Shown here piece after piece: positions 12,470-23,100 of a stretch of 64,000 nucleotides of DNA. Source of the stretch: Azolla caroliniana (taxonomy: Eukaryota; Plantae; Polypodiophyta). Location of the stretch: assembly GCA_043228905.1 (NCBI GenBank), contig JBHGNT010000017.1, positions 2,790,001-2,854,000 on the forward strand, read 5' to 3'. The translations under genes and the position numbers were made by a program. Position 1 is the first letter of the stretch, and each line of letters begins with the position of its first letter. The notes beneath the pieces are model-generated. The model was not told the DNA's origin. It searched no databases and was given only the letters and a program-made list of their open reading frames with translations.

Positions 12470-13679
12470 TGTCGTGAAGATCCGTCACTACGTGCGGATC
12501 GTGAGGCGGAACCACCGAGGTCCTGGACCGAAAGGATTTGAAGTTTGCACTAGCTTAAGCGAGAAAGGATTTAAGTTAGATTGAAAGAGAGAGAGATTGA
12601 GATAAGATAGAACGCTTGATTTAGATTGAGAGAGAGATTAAGATTGAACTCTTGACTTTAGATTTGAAGAACAAGATTAATACATCAATTGGATAACGAA
12701 TTTTCTTCTTAATATTAACTTTGATATAAAGTACAAAGCTCCCAAAAATTTTACATTAGTCCTTTCATCTTTTTCCTCCCCTCTTTTATAGATGCCCTCA
12801 TGCATGTGAGGGTACAAGACATGCATAAAATGCATGTTTGTCATTTGGCACTCATGTATTACATGTGGTGCATGATAACCATGTCACTCATTTTAGCTCT
12901 CATGTATGAGAATTTACATGTAAAGTTACAATGATAAAAATATAATTCCAAGAAAATGTGTTGGCTTAGTGGTAAGCCTATTGACTCTCAACTTGGAGGT
13001 GCAAGATTCAAATCCTTACTTTCCCTCCTTGTGTATATGTATAAATATTTATTTATTTATTTATCCATCTAGCCGCCGGTTGACGTTCGATCACCAGATC
13101 CCGGTTCTGTCGCCGGATGTCAGTTACCGTCCGGTTGCCAGTTGCCGATTACCGTTCAGTCACCGGTTGCTGGATCCTGGTTACCGTTCGGTCATCGGAT
13201 GTCGCCGGTTGCCAGATCCCGGTTCCATCATCGGATGCCAGTTACATTGCCGGTTGCCGCCAACTCACCGGATCTGTCACCGGTCCGGTTTTAGTTGCCG
13301 GTTGCCGCCGGCTCATCGGATCCGTCACCGGTCCGGTTTTGATTGGCCAAAAACTTTGCAAATAGCCAAGCCACACTCATTCATCCAATAGCTTAGTTCA
13401 AGTCACCTTGAACTCTCTATGCTCCACACATAGACACAAAGATAATAGCTTTTGCTCTACCTTATATATGGTGAGATATTTATTTATTCTACCCACATAA
13501 GTTGACACTTAGATGTCCGTTTCTTATGTAGTAACGTGCATCTGAAAGCTCTTCAAGACCTCCATCTTTTTGTACTAAGATATTAAACTAGTATCTTCAC
13601 TATTATTGTTTTATATAAATCATCCTCGATTTCATACGTTTTATGTGATTTCACACCATTGCCGAAAATCTTCACGACA
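12470..13679 (-). mobile_element. Solo LTR of the 4-bp-TSD Gypsy group
   Basis: 12-bp terminal inverted repeat TGTCGTGAAGAT...ATCTTCACGACA and TSD ACGT/ACGT. Shares the GGxACCACCGxGG..TGGAC end motif with the LTR at 41630-42311. Internal CCGGT-rich repeats at 13075-13340. Confidence 0.85.
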
Positions 13680-13867
13680 ACGTATGAGTAAGACACAAAT
13701 GGGAAGTATGGCTCGAACTATGTTTGTAGGTAGATGCCAATTTTATTGCAACAGTTCCAATGCTTTTGATGTGACACCGGCTTAGTTAAAAAAAATTGCC
13801 CACATTGTTGTTGTTGAGGTGTAATATAACAACATTTCTTTAGATTCCACCAATTCTCTAATAACAT

Positions 13868-13983
13868 TGTCACGTTATTACGTGCGTGCATGTAGAAGGG
13901 GCGGGACCAGGGGGGTCTCGGACTAGGAAAAAAAAAAGGGTGCCGAGAAACCGACTCCGGACACGCCCCAGAGGCAACCGAAC

Positions 13984-14026
<43 letters not shown>

Positions 14027-14595
14027 CGTGCACAAGACAACGACTCTTATGCACAGGGAACAAGGTCTACGTTCCCGACACCGCCAATACACCAATATGC
14101 ACAGACATGTATAAGTATATATATTACAGGGGGGAAGATACAACTTCGGCTTCGACCCAGACCAAGGTAGGTTAGATTACAACAGTCGTCTACTGCCAAG
14201 CCGCCGAACGGGGGAGCACTCGGGCTCGTCGCGCCGAGCGGGGTCTTACACAGGAGACCGAGCAGAAGCAAACCCTAAACAGACCCGAACTCTCAACCCA
14301 CATGACGAAGAAGAAGAAGAAGAAGAAGGAAAGAAACTACCTAACCCTAAACCTAACTGTATACCCTTCTAACTCAAAATGGGCAACCCTTTTACAAAGG
14401 GCGCTCCATTCCTTTTATAGAACAAGGAGAGGGATGCGTAACAATGTGGGATAAATCCCTTATTACATGGGATCCTTTGTCCCGACTTAACTCCTATTAT
14501 TCATATGTTTTTACAAGGGTAAGTGCACATGGTGCACTCCACTGATTCTTCCGATATTCCTCGGTTTCTCACTATGGCCCGGAATCTTCACGACA
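13868..14595 (-). mobile_element. Solo LTR of the 4-bp-TSD Gypsy group
   Basis: TGTCACG...CACGACA ends and TSD ACAT/ACGT. Its start matches the reverse complement of the 3' end of LTR 41630-42311. Confidence 0.85.
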
Positions 14596-15234
14596 ACGTG
14601 ATGTCCAACTCAGATATGCTTGTTTGGATTAGTGATCTTAGGATTTGCTAATAACTTAATACATGATTGGTCGTCACAAAATATCTTCATTTCCATATAA
14701 GCTTAAAGATGTCAAGTTCTTCGATTATGGTTTTGATCCACAATTCTTCTTTGGTCGTTAGAGCGGCTGCCACATACTCAGCTACAATGCTTGAAAGCGC
14801 TACATATACTTGTCGTTTGTGTTTCCAAGCGATTGCGGCACCACCAAATATAAAAACCATGCCTAATGTTAAGCGGGAGGTATCAAGACCTCACCCCCCA
14901 AATACAAATCCGTCCAACCAACTAGAGAAGTCTTGATCTATTCACTAGGTTATGACGAATTCTTGGATTGGAAGCTTCGATATATGAGACCCATATCCTT
15001 CAAGTTGATATATTGGAGATACCGTAGAACATGTTTAAGAGCTTGCCAATGTGCACGCCTAGGATTTTGCATAAATCTAGAAAGAAAACCCGCACAATAA
15101 GAAAGATCCAGACGAGTGCAACGCACAAGATACCTTATACTGCCTAAGATTGGGCAATACGGGAGTGATTTCATAATTTGTTCTTGTTCAATTGACATCG
15201 GGCTATCATTTGTTGAAAGTTTGCATGGAACCAT

Positions 15235-16014
15235 TGTCACGAAGATTCATGAGCTTGTTGTCCGGGCGGGACCACGGCGGTCTCGGATTACGGAGTGAGC
15301 ACAAGCACATCACCACACACTACACACCACATGAACCGAGAACCACATACCACAAAAGTGAACCGCACTAACACCACAAACCTCGAACCACTCGAATAGC
15401 AAGCACACGGGCTCGCAATCGCGAACGGGGGGTAATGCCAAACCCACGAGCCTCGGGCTCACGAGCACCGCCAACAACTCGAGCACTTTGAGCGCCAACA
15501 CCAACACAAGGTTGCGGACACACCTCAAAGAGGAGAGGGTGAGAGAGAGAGAACGAGAGAGAACGAGAGAGATCAAGCACCTCAAGAAACCCCAAAAGAA
15601 AGAAAAGAAGAAAAAGAAGTAGTAGAAGCAAAAACCCTAAAATCCCAAACCCTAGTATGGTGAGGAGAAAGAAGGAGTAGAAGTAGGAGCCCTGGATACC
15701 AACCTAGAGGAAGATGAGAGAAGAACACATTAACCCTAAACCCAAGATGAAGTAGGAGAAAAGAAACTAGTTAGGGAAACCCTAACGACACACCTCCAAC
15801 CCTCGAAAAGAAAAGAAAGGAAGATGAACCCAAAACCCTAATGGTGTACCTCTAAAGCCCAAAATGGCCGACCCTAAATAAGCCCTCTTCTCCCATTATA
15901 GAAGAAAAGAGGGCTTATTTAGGGTCATTGACTATTTATTCCCTTCAAAAAGTAATTGACATGTGAAACCTCCCTTTTCCTGTTTTCCACCTTTGGCCAT
16001 CCCACATCACGACA
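15235..16014 (-). mobile_element. Solo LTR of the 4-bp-TSD Gypsy group inserted in the Copia RT
   Basis: TGTCACGA...TCACGACA ends and TSD CCAT/CCGT. Removing it with one 4-bp copy restores the RT frame STPMTVPCKL. Confidence 0.9.
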
Positions 16015-16094
16015 CCGTCATAGGAGTTGAGATTGGCTTGCAATCAACCATCTTGAACTTTTGAAGAATATCATCCACCAATTTTCGTTGTGTT

Positions 16095-16560
16095 AAGGTT
16101 AGAGTTCCTTCTATGAGATCGAGTTACCTTGATTCCAAGACAATATTCGAGAGGTCCAACATCTTTCATCGAGAACTTCTCTTTTAATCGATTTATTGTC
16201 TTCCTTATTGAAGCTATAGAATTAGAAGCAATTGGTAAATCATCCACATAAACATGAATAATTACATAGATAGTGTTACCTGTATAGGTGTACGGGAGGG
16301 TTAAGGTGTAGTGTATAAGGTGTAATAAAGTGTCTAAGGTTAGAGTTCCTTCTATGAGATCGAGTTACCTTGATTCCAAGACAATATTCGAGAGGTCCAA
16401 CATCTTTCATCGAGAACTTCTCTTCTAATCGATTTATTGTCTTCCTTATTGAAGCTATAGAATTAGAAGCAATTGGTAAATCATCCACATAAACATGAAT
16501 AATTACATAGATAGTGTTACCTGTATAGGTGTACAGGACGGTTAAGGTGTAGTGTATAAG
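16095..16560 (+). repeat. 241-bp direct tandem duplication spanning an RT/LTR junction
   Basis: aaggttagagttccttctatgag...gatagtgttacctgtataggtgtac occurs at 16095 and 16336. Confidence 0.9.
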
Positions 16561-17115
16561 GTGTAATGTGTAATGTGTAACATGAAATGTTAATGTGTGA
16601 GTGTGAGGAAGAGTGTACACATGCACATTTGGTTTTTTGTGTGCATGTGTACAAATGTGAGAGACAGGGGTAAGTAGGTGTAACTACCCCCATTTGGCTT
16701 TTTGTACTGTCTTGATCTTGTACTATATAACCCCCCCACCCATGGTGCATGAAAAACAGGGAAGAATGATAGTGAAGTTACCCCCCTCAATTTGTGTCAA
16801 ATTTTCCAGCTCATTCTCTCTTGGTGTGTGTGTATGTCTCTCTCTTGCCTCACGTTTGAACCCCCTTGGGAGGGGGGTGGAGTCATTCTTGGCTCCAGCT
16901 CGCAACCATCAACACATGGCACGCCCTAAATCCAACCCTCCCTTGAGAAGAAGTCTCTCTCTCGTTGTGTCTGTCTATGCAGGATACACTCACTCTCCCT
17001 CTCCATCACTAATCTTTCTCTCCCTCTCTGCGTGTCTGTTAGCCTCTATGTTAGAGAGTGTGGTTTGTGCGTGGACTCTCTGTGTGAGAGCCAACCTGCG
17101 ATGGCTATGGTAACA
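16515..17115. mobile_element. LTR-like segment
   Basis: TGTTACC...GGTAACA inverted termini, TATA at ~16723 and CT-rich tract. No TSD found. Confidence 0.5.
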
Positions 17116-18707
17116 AAGCAAGAATAACACCTATTAGATTTGGAAATCATCTATTCATCCTCTTTCTCTTTGATCCTCCCGTGAAAAATGATGTTCTGAT
17201 AGTACCTGTGTATTTCAATGATTCTTAGCGTTAAGCTACAAAATATACGAGTGTAATTTCAAAGCCTATGCGTATAAACAATGAACCTAGTGTTGCAACT
17301 ATTGCTTATAGTCTTGATAAGAAGTCTATAAGCGTTGGTTTTTGTTCGTGACAACCTCATCATGAAACATGTTATTGCTATTCAACATGAGAGGCAGACA
17401 TAGCCGACCAACAACTAGTTGAACGACGTCAGCCGGCGGCCAGAGACGGCCTGGAAAGCAGGTGAGAAGAGCTTGGGCCAGCCGAGATAGCTAGAGAGCT
17501 CGGTCCAGACAACTGACCAAATGGGGTTGGCCGGACAAACGGTCTGGCAACCGCCAGACGAAGACGGACAACACGGAAACAACCACAGATAAAGGTGGAC
17601 AACCGAGTGACAGCCGACCAAGAGAGTGACGGCCGAGGGACAACTGTCCAAGCACCATCTAAGAGATGGCCGAGCTAGTGACAACTGAGGAAAACCGTCT
17701 GAGCGCTGGTTTAGGTCATTTTCTCATTCTCTCTCGGTGTGTCTCTCTACCTTTCTCCCCGCGTATTCAAACCCTCTTCGGAGGGGGGTGGAGCCACCCA
17801 TCAACAGATAACTCCTTCCTTGCGAATATAGATATCCGGTTCGGCTTGAAGACGATTGAAGCCGATGGAAACAAGGTAAGTACATATTTGAAATGGCACA
17901 TCTGCGAAGATTGTTTTAAACCATAGAATGATTTGTGGAGTTTACAAACATAGTTCGAAAATTGAGGATCTAAAAAATCTTGGTTGCTCCATATAAATCT
18001 CCTCGAGACCTCCATGTAGAAAAGTGGTATCAATGTCGAGATGATGGAGTTTGAGGTTAAGGCTAGTAGAAATCGAGAACATTAACTGAAGAGGCACCAT
18101 CTTTAAGGTAGGTGCAAAAGTATTTTTAAAATCTATGCCCAGGATTTGTGAAAACCCTCTAGCAACAACACGTGCCTTAAATCAAACCACAACGCCATGG
18201 GCGTCAGTTTTCTAGGTAAGGACCCATTTGCATGAAATGACATGTCGATCTTGGGGGCATGGAACTAAGGTCCAAGTCGTATTTCGATTTAAAGCACCCA
18301 TTTCGTCTTGCATTGTGGCCTCCCATTGTGTAGCATCGCGACCATAAAGGGCCTTCTCTAGTGTAAAGTCAAAAACTTGATCATGATCATCCATAAATTC
18401 ATCATCAATATCATAACTGTTGACATCAACCAATAGCATTTCAATTGGTTTAGTAATTTCCATAAGCTCATTAATATTCTTAAATTTTCTTTTGATTGTA
18501 GGTTTTCTTCATTTTAATTGTTGAAAATACTCTTCATCATTAAGATTTGAGTGTGGTGAAGCACTAAAAATTGAGTTCTTAGAGAAGTTTGCATGTGAGA
18601 CATCCTTATTAGTTCCTCTAGGGTCGTTGAAATTGTCAACAACTTTAGGGGAGATATCAAGAGAGGATGAAGACGACAAAACATGAGCTAGAGTTGATTG
18701 ACTTTCT

Positions 18708-18744
18708 TTAACATGTTTGCGTTCACAAGTGGAAGGATTGCGCA
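18708..18744 (+). mobile_element. Isolated terminus of the same DNA transposon family as 1-7899
   Basis: TTAACATGTTTGCGTTCACAAGTGGAAGGATTGCGCA is the reverse complement of 7863-7899 with one mismatch. Confidence 0.8.
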
Positions 18745-19182
18745 CAAATGTAAATAGCCGAAAAGTCATATTAGTATAAATATGACTTAGGGCAAACTTT
18801 TAGATGATGTGTGTGATTATTATTCTTCCTTGTTGGTGCAAGAAGAAATTAGAGCACGCAACTGTACAGAGAGAGAGAGAGAGAGAGAGAGAGACGAGGT
18901 CGTTGCCTCTGTTGTAACCGCCGCCTGTGGCGAAGATCTGAGAACACGAGGTCGTTGCCTCAGTGATCTCACTGTTGTATATTTCTGCATAGTGATAGTT
19001 TGCAGCTTGTGGGCTGCCGTGGTTTTTCCCCTATTTTGGGGTTTTCCACGTATACCTCCTGTGTACCATTTCTCCTCTTCTTCTCCTCTTTTGGGTCGCG
19101 TTTTCATTACCTTTTTTCTGTGTATGTAAATAATCTCGGTTGTGGCCGAGCGTCGGACATAAGGAACGTCGAGTTCCCAACA
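18745..19182 (+). mobile_element. 5'-truncated LTR, family A
   Basis: Homologous to 1500-1921 and 57969-58385. Ends ..gttcccaaCA. Confidence 0.85.
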
Positions 19183-19762
19183 CTTATGGCGGTGTCGGTT
19201 GGTTCTGCTTCATGCATATCCATGTGCATTAGGGTTGGGCAAGAGAAGATTTTGATCGTACCGTCGGAGGGTTGGTGTAATTGTTTGAAGATGATCCCAC
19301 ATTACTCGTGCGGATCCAAAACTTCGAACATGATCAATTTGCCAATCACTTAGATGCATAAGTATCTCCATTCTCACATCTAGATCTCTACTTTTCCAAT
19401 CGCTCAATTCAGGTTCTATTGATAGAATGACTTCAGAACCATTTACAATTCCTTTAAGATTTATTCTTTCGAGAATTAACTTGATTCTCGTTCTCCACAT
19501 TCTATAATTGTGGTCTAAGAGTTTCTCCACCACATACTTTCTTGCCATTTGATTTGTTTATGCAACATTGATTGGATTTTCGACAAATTCTGATTGGTTT
19601 TCCGTATCGATGGTCGACGACATCTTGTATAAATTGTACGGATCAATCTAACGTGATGTATGCCACTTATTTATTCATAGATCACTTATCTAATGTGATG
19701 TATGTCACTCATATACCATGTGAGAAATTAAACACACACACACACACAGTGTGTGTCATTTG

Positions 19763-20040
19763 GCTACTCCTAAAAGGTTAGGTGGTGCAGTAATATTGGA
19801 TTTGGAAAGGCATTTGATGGATCGTAGATTTGCATTATTACGAGATATATGTCAACAAAATCAACCATGGATATCTATGATGCAATATTTTATTGAGCAT
19901 GAAAGATTGTTGCATGGGAAAACAAAGATTCAAGCATCATAGTGGTCACTACTCAATGGAAATATTCCTCTAAAGATTTGACATTCTGTATGTGGACAAC
20001 ATTTGGTAAGATCGTGACAAGATCCATTATCTCTCTTTTT
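19763..20040 (+). mobile_element. L1-like LINE fragment (post-RT region)
   Basis: PKRLGGAVILDL resembles the L1 PKxxGGLGIxDL motif. Confidence 0.55.
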
Positions 20041-20199
20041 GAATGGGGACCATGAAGTGATCGAGAATATTGGTTAGAAAACGTTGAGATATGAGAGGTT
20101 ACTAAAACGTGCACGTCTTTTTCTAAAATAATTCGTAGGGGTACATTTATTTCCTCTAAAATGTTTTAAAATAGGTAAAAACTAAAATGTTTATATATT

Positions 20200-23100
20200 T
20201 TTAATTATTCTAGCACGCTTGACCAAGAGCTAGATTCACTTCAAATTTGAGGAGAGGAGATCGCGGAGGAATATGCCAAGTGCAAGCCCAACGGAATAGC
20301 CCACCAGAAGTGCCCACGGAGATACAAACTCATGGAACCAAATCACAATCAATAATACCTGTTGCTTCGGGTCCCCTGTGCTTCTACTTCTACTACTCGC
20401 ATTGTGGTCGCTTGTGTTGCAGGAGGAAAGAGGGCATCCATACAGCCCCGGGTTGTTCTCAAAGCTTGCAGACGTGAACCTGGTGTCGAAGTTGTTCTGT
20501 GTAGGAATTGCTCCTTCCAGTTGGTTGTGGGCAAGGTTTAGATTAGCAAGGTTTAGAGACGTGAGATCTAGTGGGATGCCACCGCAGAGCTGGTTGTAGG
20601 ACAGGTCCAACTCCTCCAACTGCATCAATCTCCCGAATGTACCCTCACCTATGGGCCCGCTGATGCGGTTGTGGGACAGGTTGGCTCCTGTCAATCCTTG
20701 AAGCTCCCCAAAGCTTTCCGGAATTTCACCTTCCAGATCGTTCATGGACACATCAAAGTAGATCCGTGCACTCAGCACATAGTTGAGAATGTAGACAATG
20801 TTCTTAATCGTGACAGGCACCACCTCGTAGAGGGTGGTCTGGTTACTGTTTGCGGTTTCATTGAGCTTGAAATAGGAGAGGTGCGTGAGAGATGCAGGCA
20901 AGCGGCCGCCAAAGTGATTGTTGGAGAGGTCCAATGCCTGCAGATTGGGAAGCTTCCAGACCCAAGCCGGGATTTCACCACTTAGCTGGTTGTAGCTCAC
21001 CGAGAGCACCCTGAGCTTGGATAAACCAGATATGTCAGGAGTAGTAATATTGCCTAAGGATTCGGTGAAATATTTGTTCCTCTGCACATCAAAGACGACC
21101 AGTGCCTCACTCTCTGTTAGGCCAGCAGGTAACCCCCCTTCCAAAGCATTTTCATAGACACTAAAACTCACGAGGCTGGGCATCTTGGACAGATCCAAGT
21201 TCTCTATCTTCCCAGTCAAATTGTTTTGAGAGAGACGTAAGACATGAAGAGCCGTCAGATTATGTAAAGCGTCAACAGGGACAATCCCTTCTAGGCTGTT
21301 TGTAAATAGAGAGAGTTCCTGGAGATTTATGAGCATTCCCAGCTCATTGGGGATGGAACCCGTAAGAGTGTTAAACCCTAATTGGAGCTGGAAGAGTTGT
21401 GAGCAGCTACCTAGTGCAGCCGGTATCTTCCCTGTCAGGTTGTTGCTCTCAAGATTCAAGATCCATAGCTGGGTGAGGTTCCCGAGGCTAGAAGGGATGG
21501 GGCCATCCAGGTTGTTGCTGCAGAGGTACAAGAACAGTAGGTGGGTGAGGTTGCCGAGGCTAGAAGGGATGGGGCCATCCAGGTTGTTGCTCTCAAGATT
21601 CAAGAACCATAGCTGGGTGAGGTTCCCGAGGCTAGAAGGGATGGGGCCTGAGAATTTGTTGAAGGAGAGATCCAAGGCCGATAACTGGGTGAGGTTCCAG
21701 AGGCTAGAAGGGATGGGGCCTGAGAGGTAGTTGGAGGTGAGATTCAAGACCGATAGCTGGGTGAGGTTCCCGAGGCTAGAAGGGATGGGGCCTGAGAATT
21801 TGTTGGAGGAGAGATCCAAGTCCAGTAGCTGGATGAGATTCCCGAGGCTAGAAGGTATGGGGCCGTTCAGGCTGTTGTTGCCGAGGTACAACTCCTGTAG
21901 CTGGGGGAGGTTCCCGAGGCTAGAAGGGATGGGGCCTGACAGGTTGTTGGGGGAGAGACCCAAGGTCCCTAGCTGGTAGAGATCCCCGAGGCTAGAAGGG
22001 ATGGGGCCGTCCAGATTGTTGCCGTTGAGAGCCAAGGTCCATAGCTGGATGAGATTCCCGAGGCTAGAAGGAATGGGGCCTTCCAGGTTGTTGCTCTGGA
22101 GGGACAAGGTGTTTAGGTGGGTGAGGTTGCCGAGGCTAGAAGGGATGGGGCCTGACAGGTTGTTGTCGTCGAGAACCAAGTACAGTAGCTGGGTGAGATC
22201 CCCGAGACTAGAAAGGATGGGGCCTGAGAATTTGTTGAGGGAGAGATCCAAGGTCTGTAGCTGGATGAGATTCCCGAGGCTAGAAGGGATGGGGCCTGAC
22301 AGGTTGTTGCCCGCGAGATCTAAGTACTGTAGCTGGGTGAGGTTCCCGAGGCTAGAAGGGATGGGGCCTGAGAATTTGTTGAAGGAGAGATCCAAGGCCG
22401 ATAGCTGGGTGAGGTTCCAGAGGCTAGAAGGGATGGGGCCTGACAGGTTGTTGCCCGCGAGATCTAAGTGCTGTAGCTGGGTGAGGTTCCAGAGGCTAGA
22501 AGGGATGGGGCCTGACAGGTTGTTGCCCGCGAGATCTAAGTGCTGTAGCTGGGTGAGGTTCCCGAGGCTAGAAGGGATGGGGCCTGACAGGTTGTTGCCC
22601 GCGAGATCTAAGTACTGTAGCTGGGTGAGGTTCCCGAGGCTAGAAGGGATGGAGCCTGAGAATTTGTTGAAGGAGAGATCCAAGGCCGATAGCTGGGTGA
22701 GGTTCCAGAGGCTAGAAGGGATGGGGCCTGAGAATTTGTTGGAGGAGAGATACAAGGTCTGTAGCTGGGTGAGGTTCCCGAGGCTAGAAGGAATGGGGCC
22801 TGAGAATTTGTTGTGGGAGAGATCGAGAAGAGAAAGGGAAGGGAGGAGAACCAGAGAAGGGGAGATGGAACCAAAGAGGCTGCAGTAGGAGAGGTTGAGG
22901 GAGGTGATGTGGAAGAGGTCATCACAGAGCAGGCCGTACCAGGCAGCGGTGCGGTTGGAGGGGCAGTAGGAGGGCGGTGCCGTGGTGGAGGTGGAGATGG
23001 TGGTGGTAGTGGTGATCCTGGAGGAGAGGCAAGAGAAGGGGTCATGGGTGATGGCATCCTTGAATGCTATGAGAGCTTGGGCTTGGGCTTGCACTACGGC

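Larger units (their letters stand above)
14596..19548 (-). mobile_element. Fragmented Ty1/Copia (gag, RT, RNase H) broken by several insertions
   Basis: Gag 19210-19548 (VEKLLDHNYRMW). RT pieces TWTLVPCP..CKWV (18212-18463), YGLKQS (~17910), VYVDDL (16245) and TRLDLSY..HWQALKH (14950-15234). RNase H remnant ~14600-14900. Confidence 0.85.

Noticed and set aside
13985-14025. (AG)n/(CT)n microsatellites here and at 18866, 36935, 57505 and 63620
   Set aside because: They are ordinary components of the LTRs, not independent features.
17116-17873. Additional LTR-like or GC-rich insert within the fragmented Copia
   Set aside because: No clear termini or TSD could be defined.
21329-22888. Long antisense ORFs (WVRFPRLEGMGP repeats), also at 32511-33239
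   Set aside because: They are shadow frames of the repetitive LRR coding strand.
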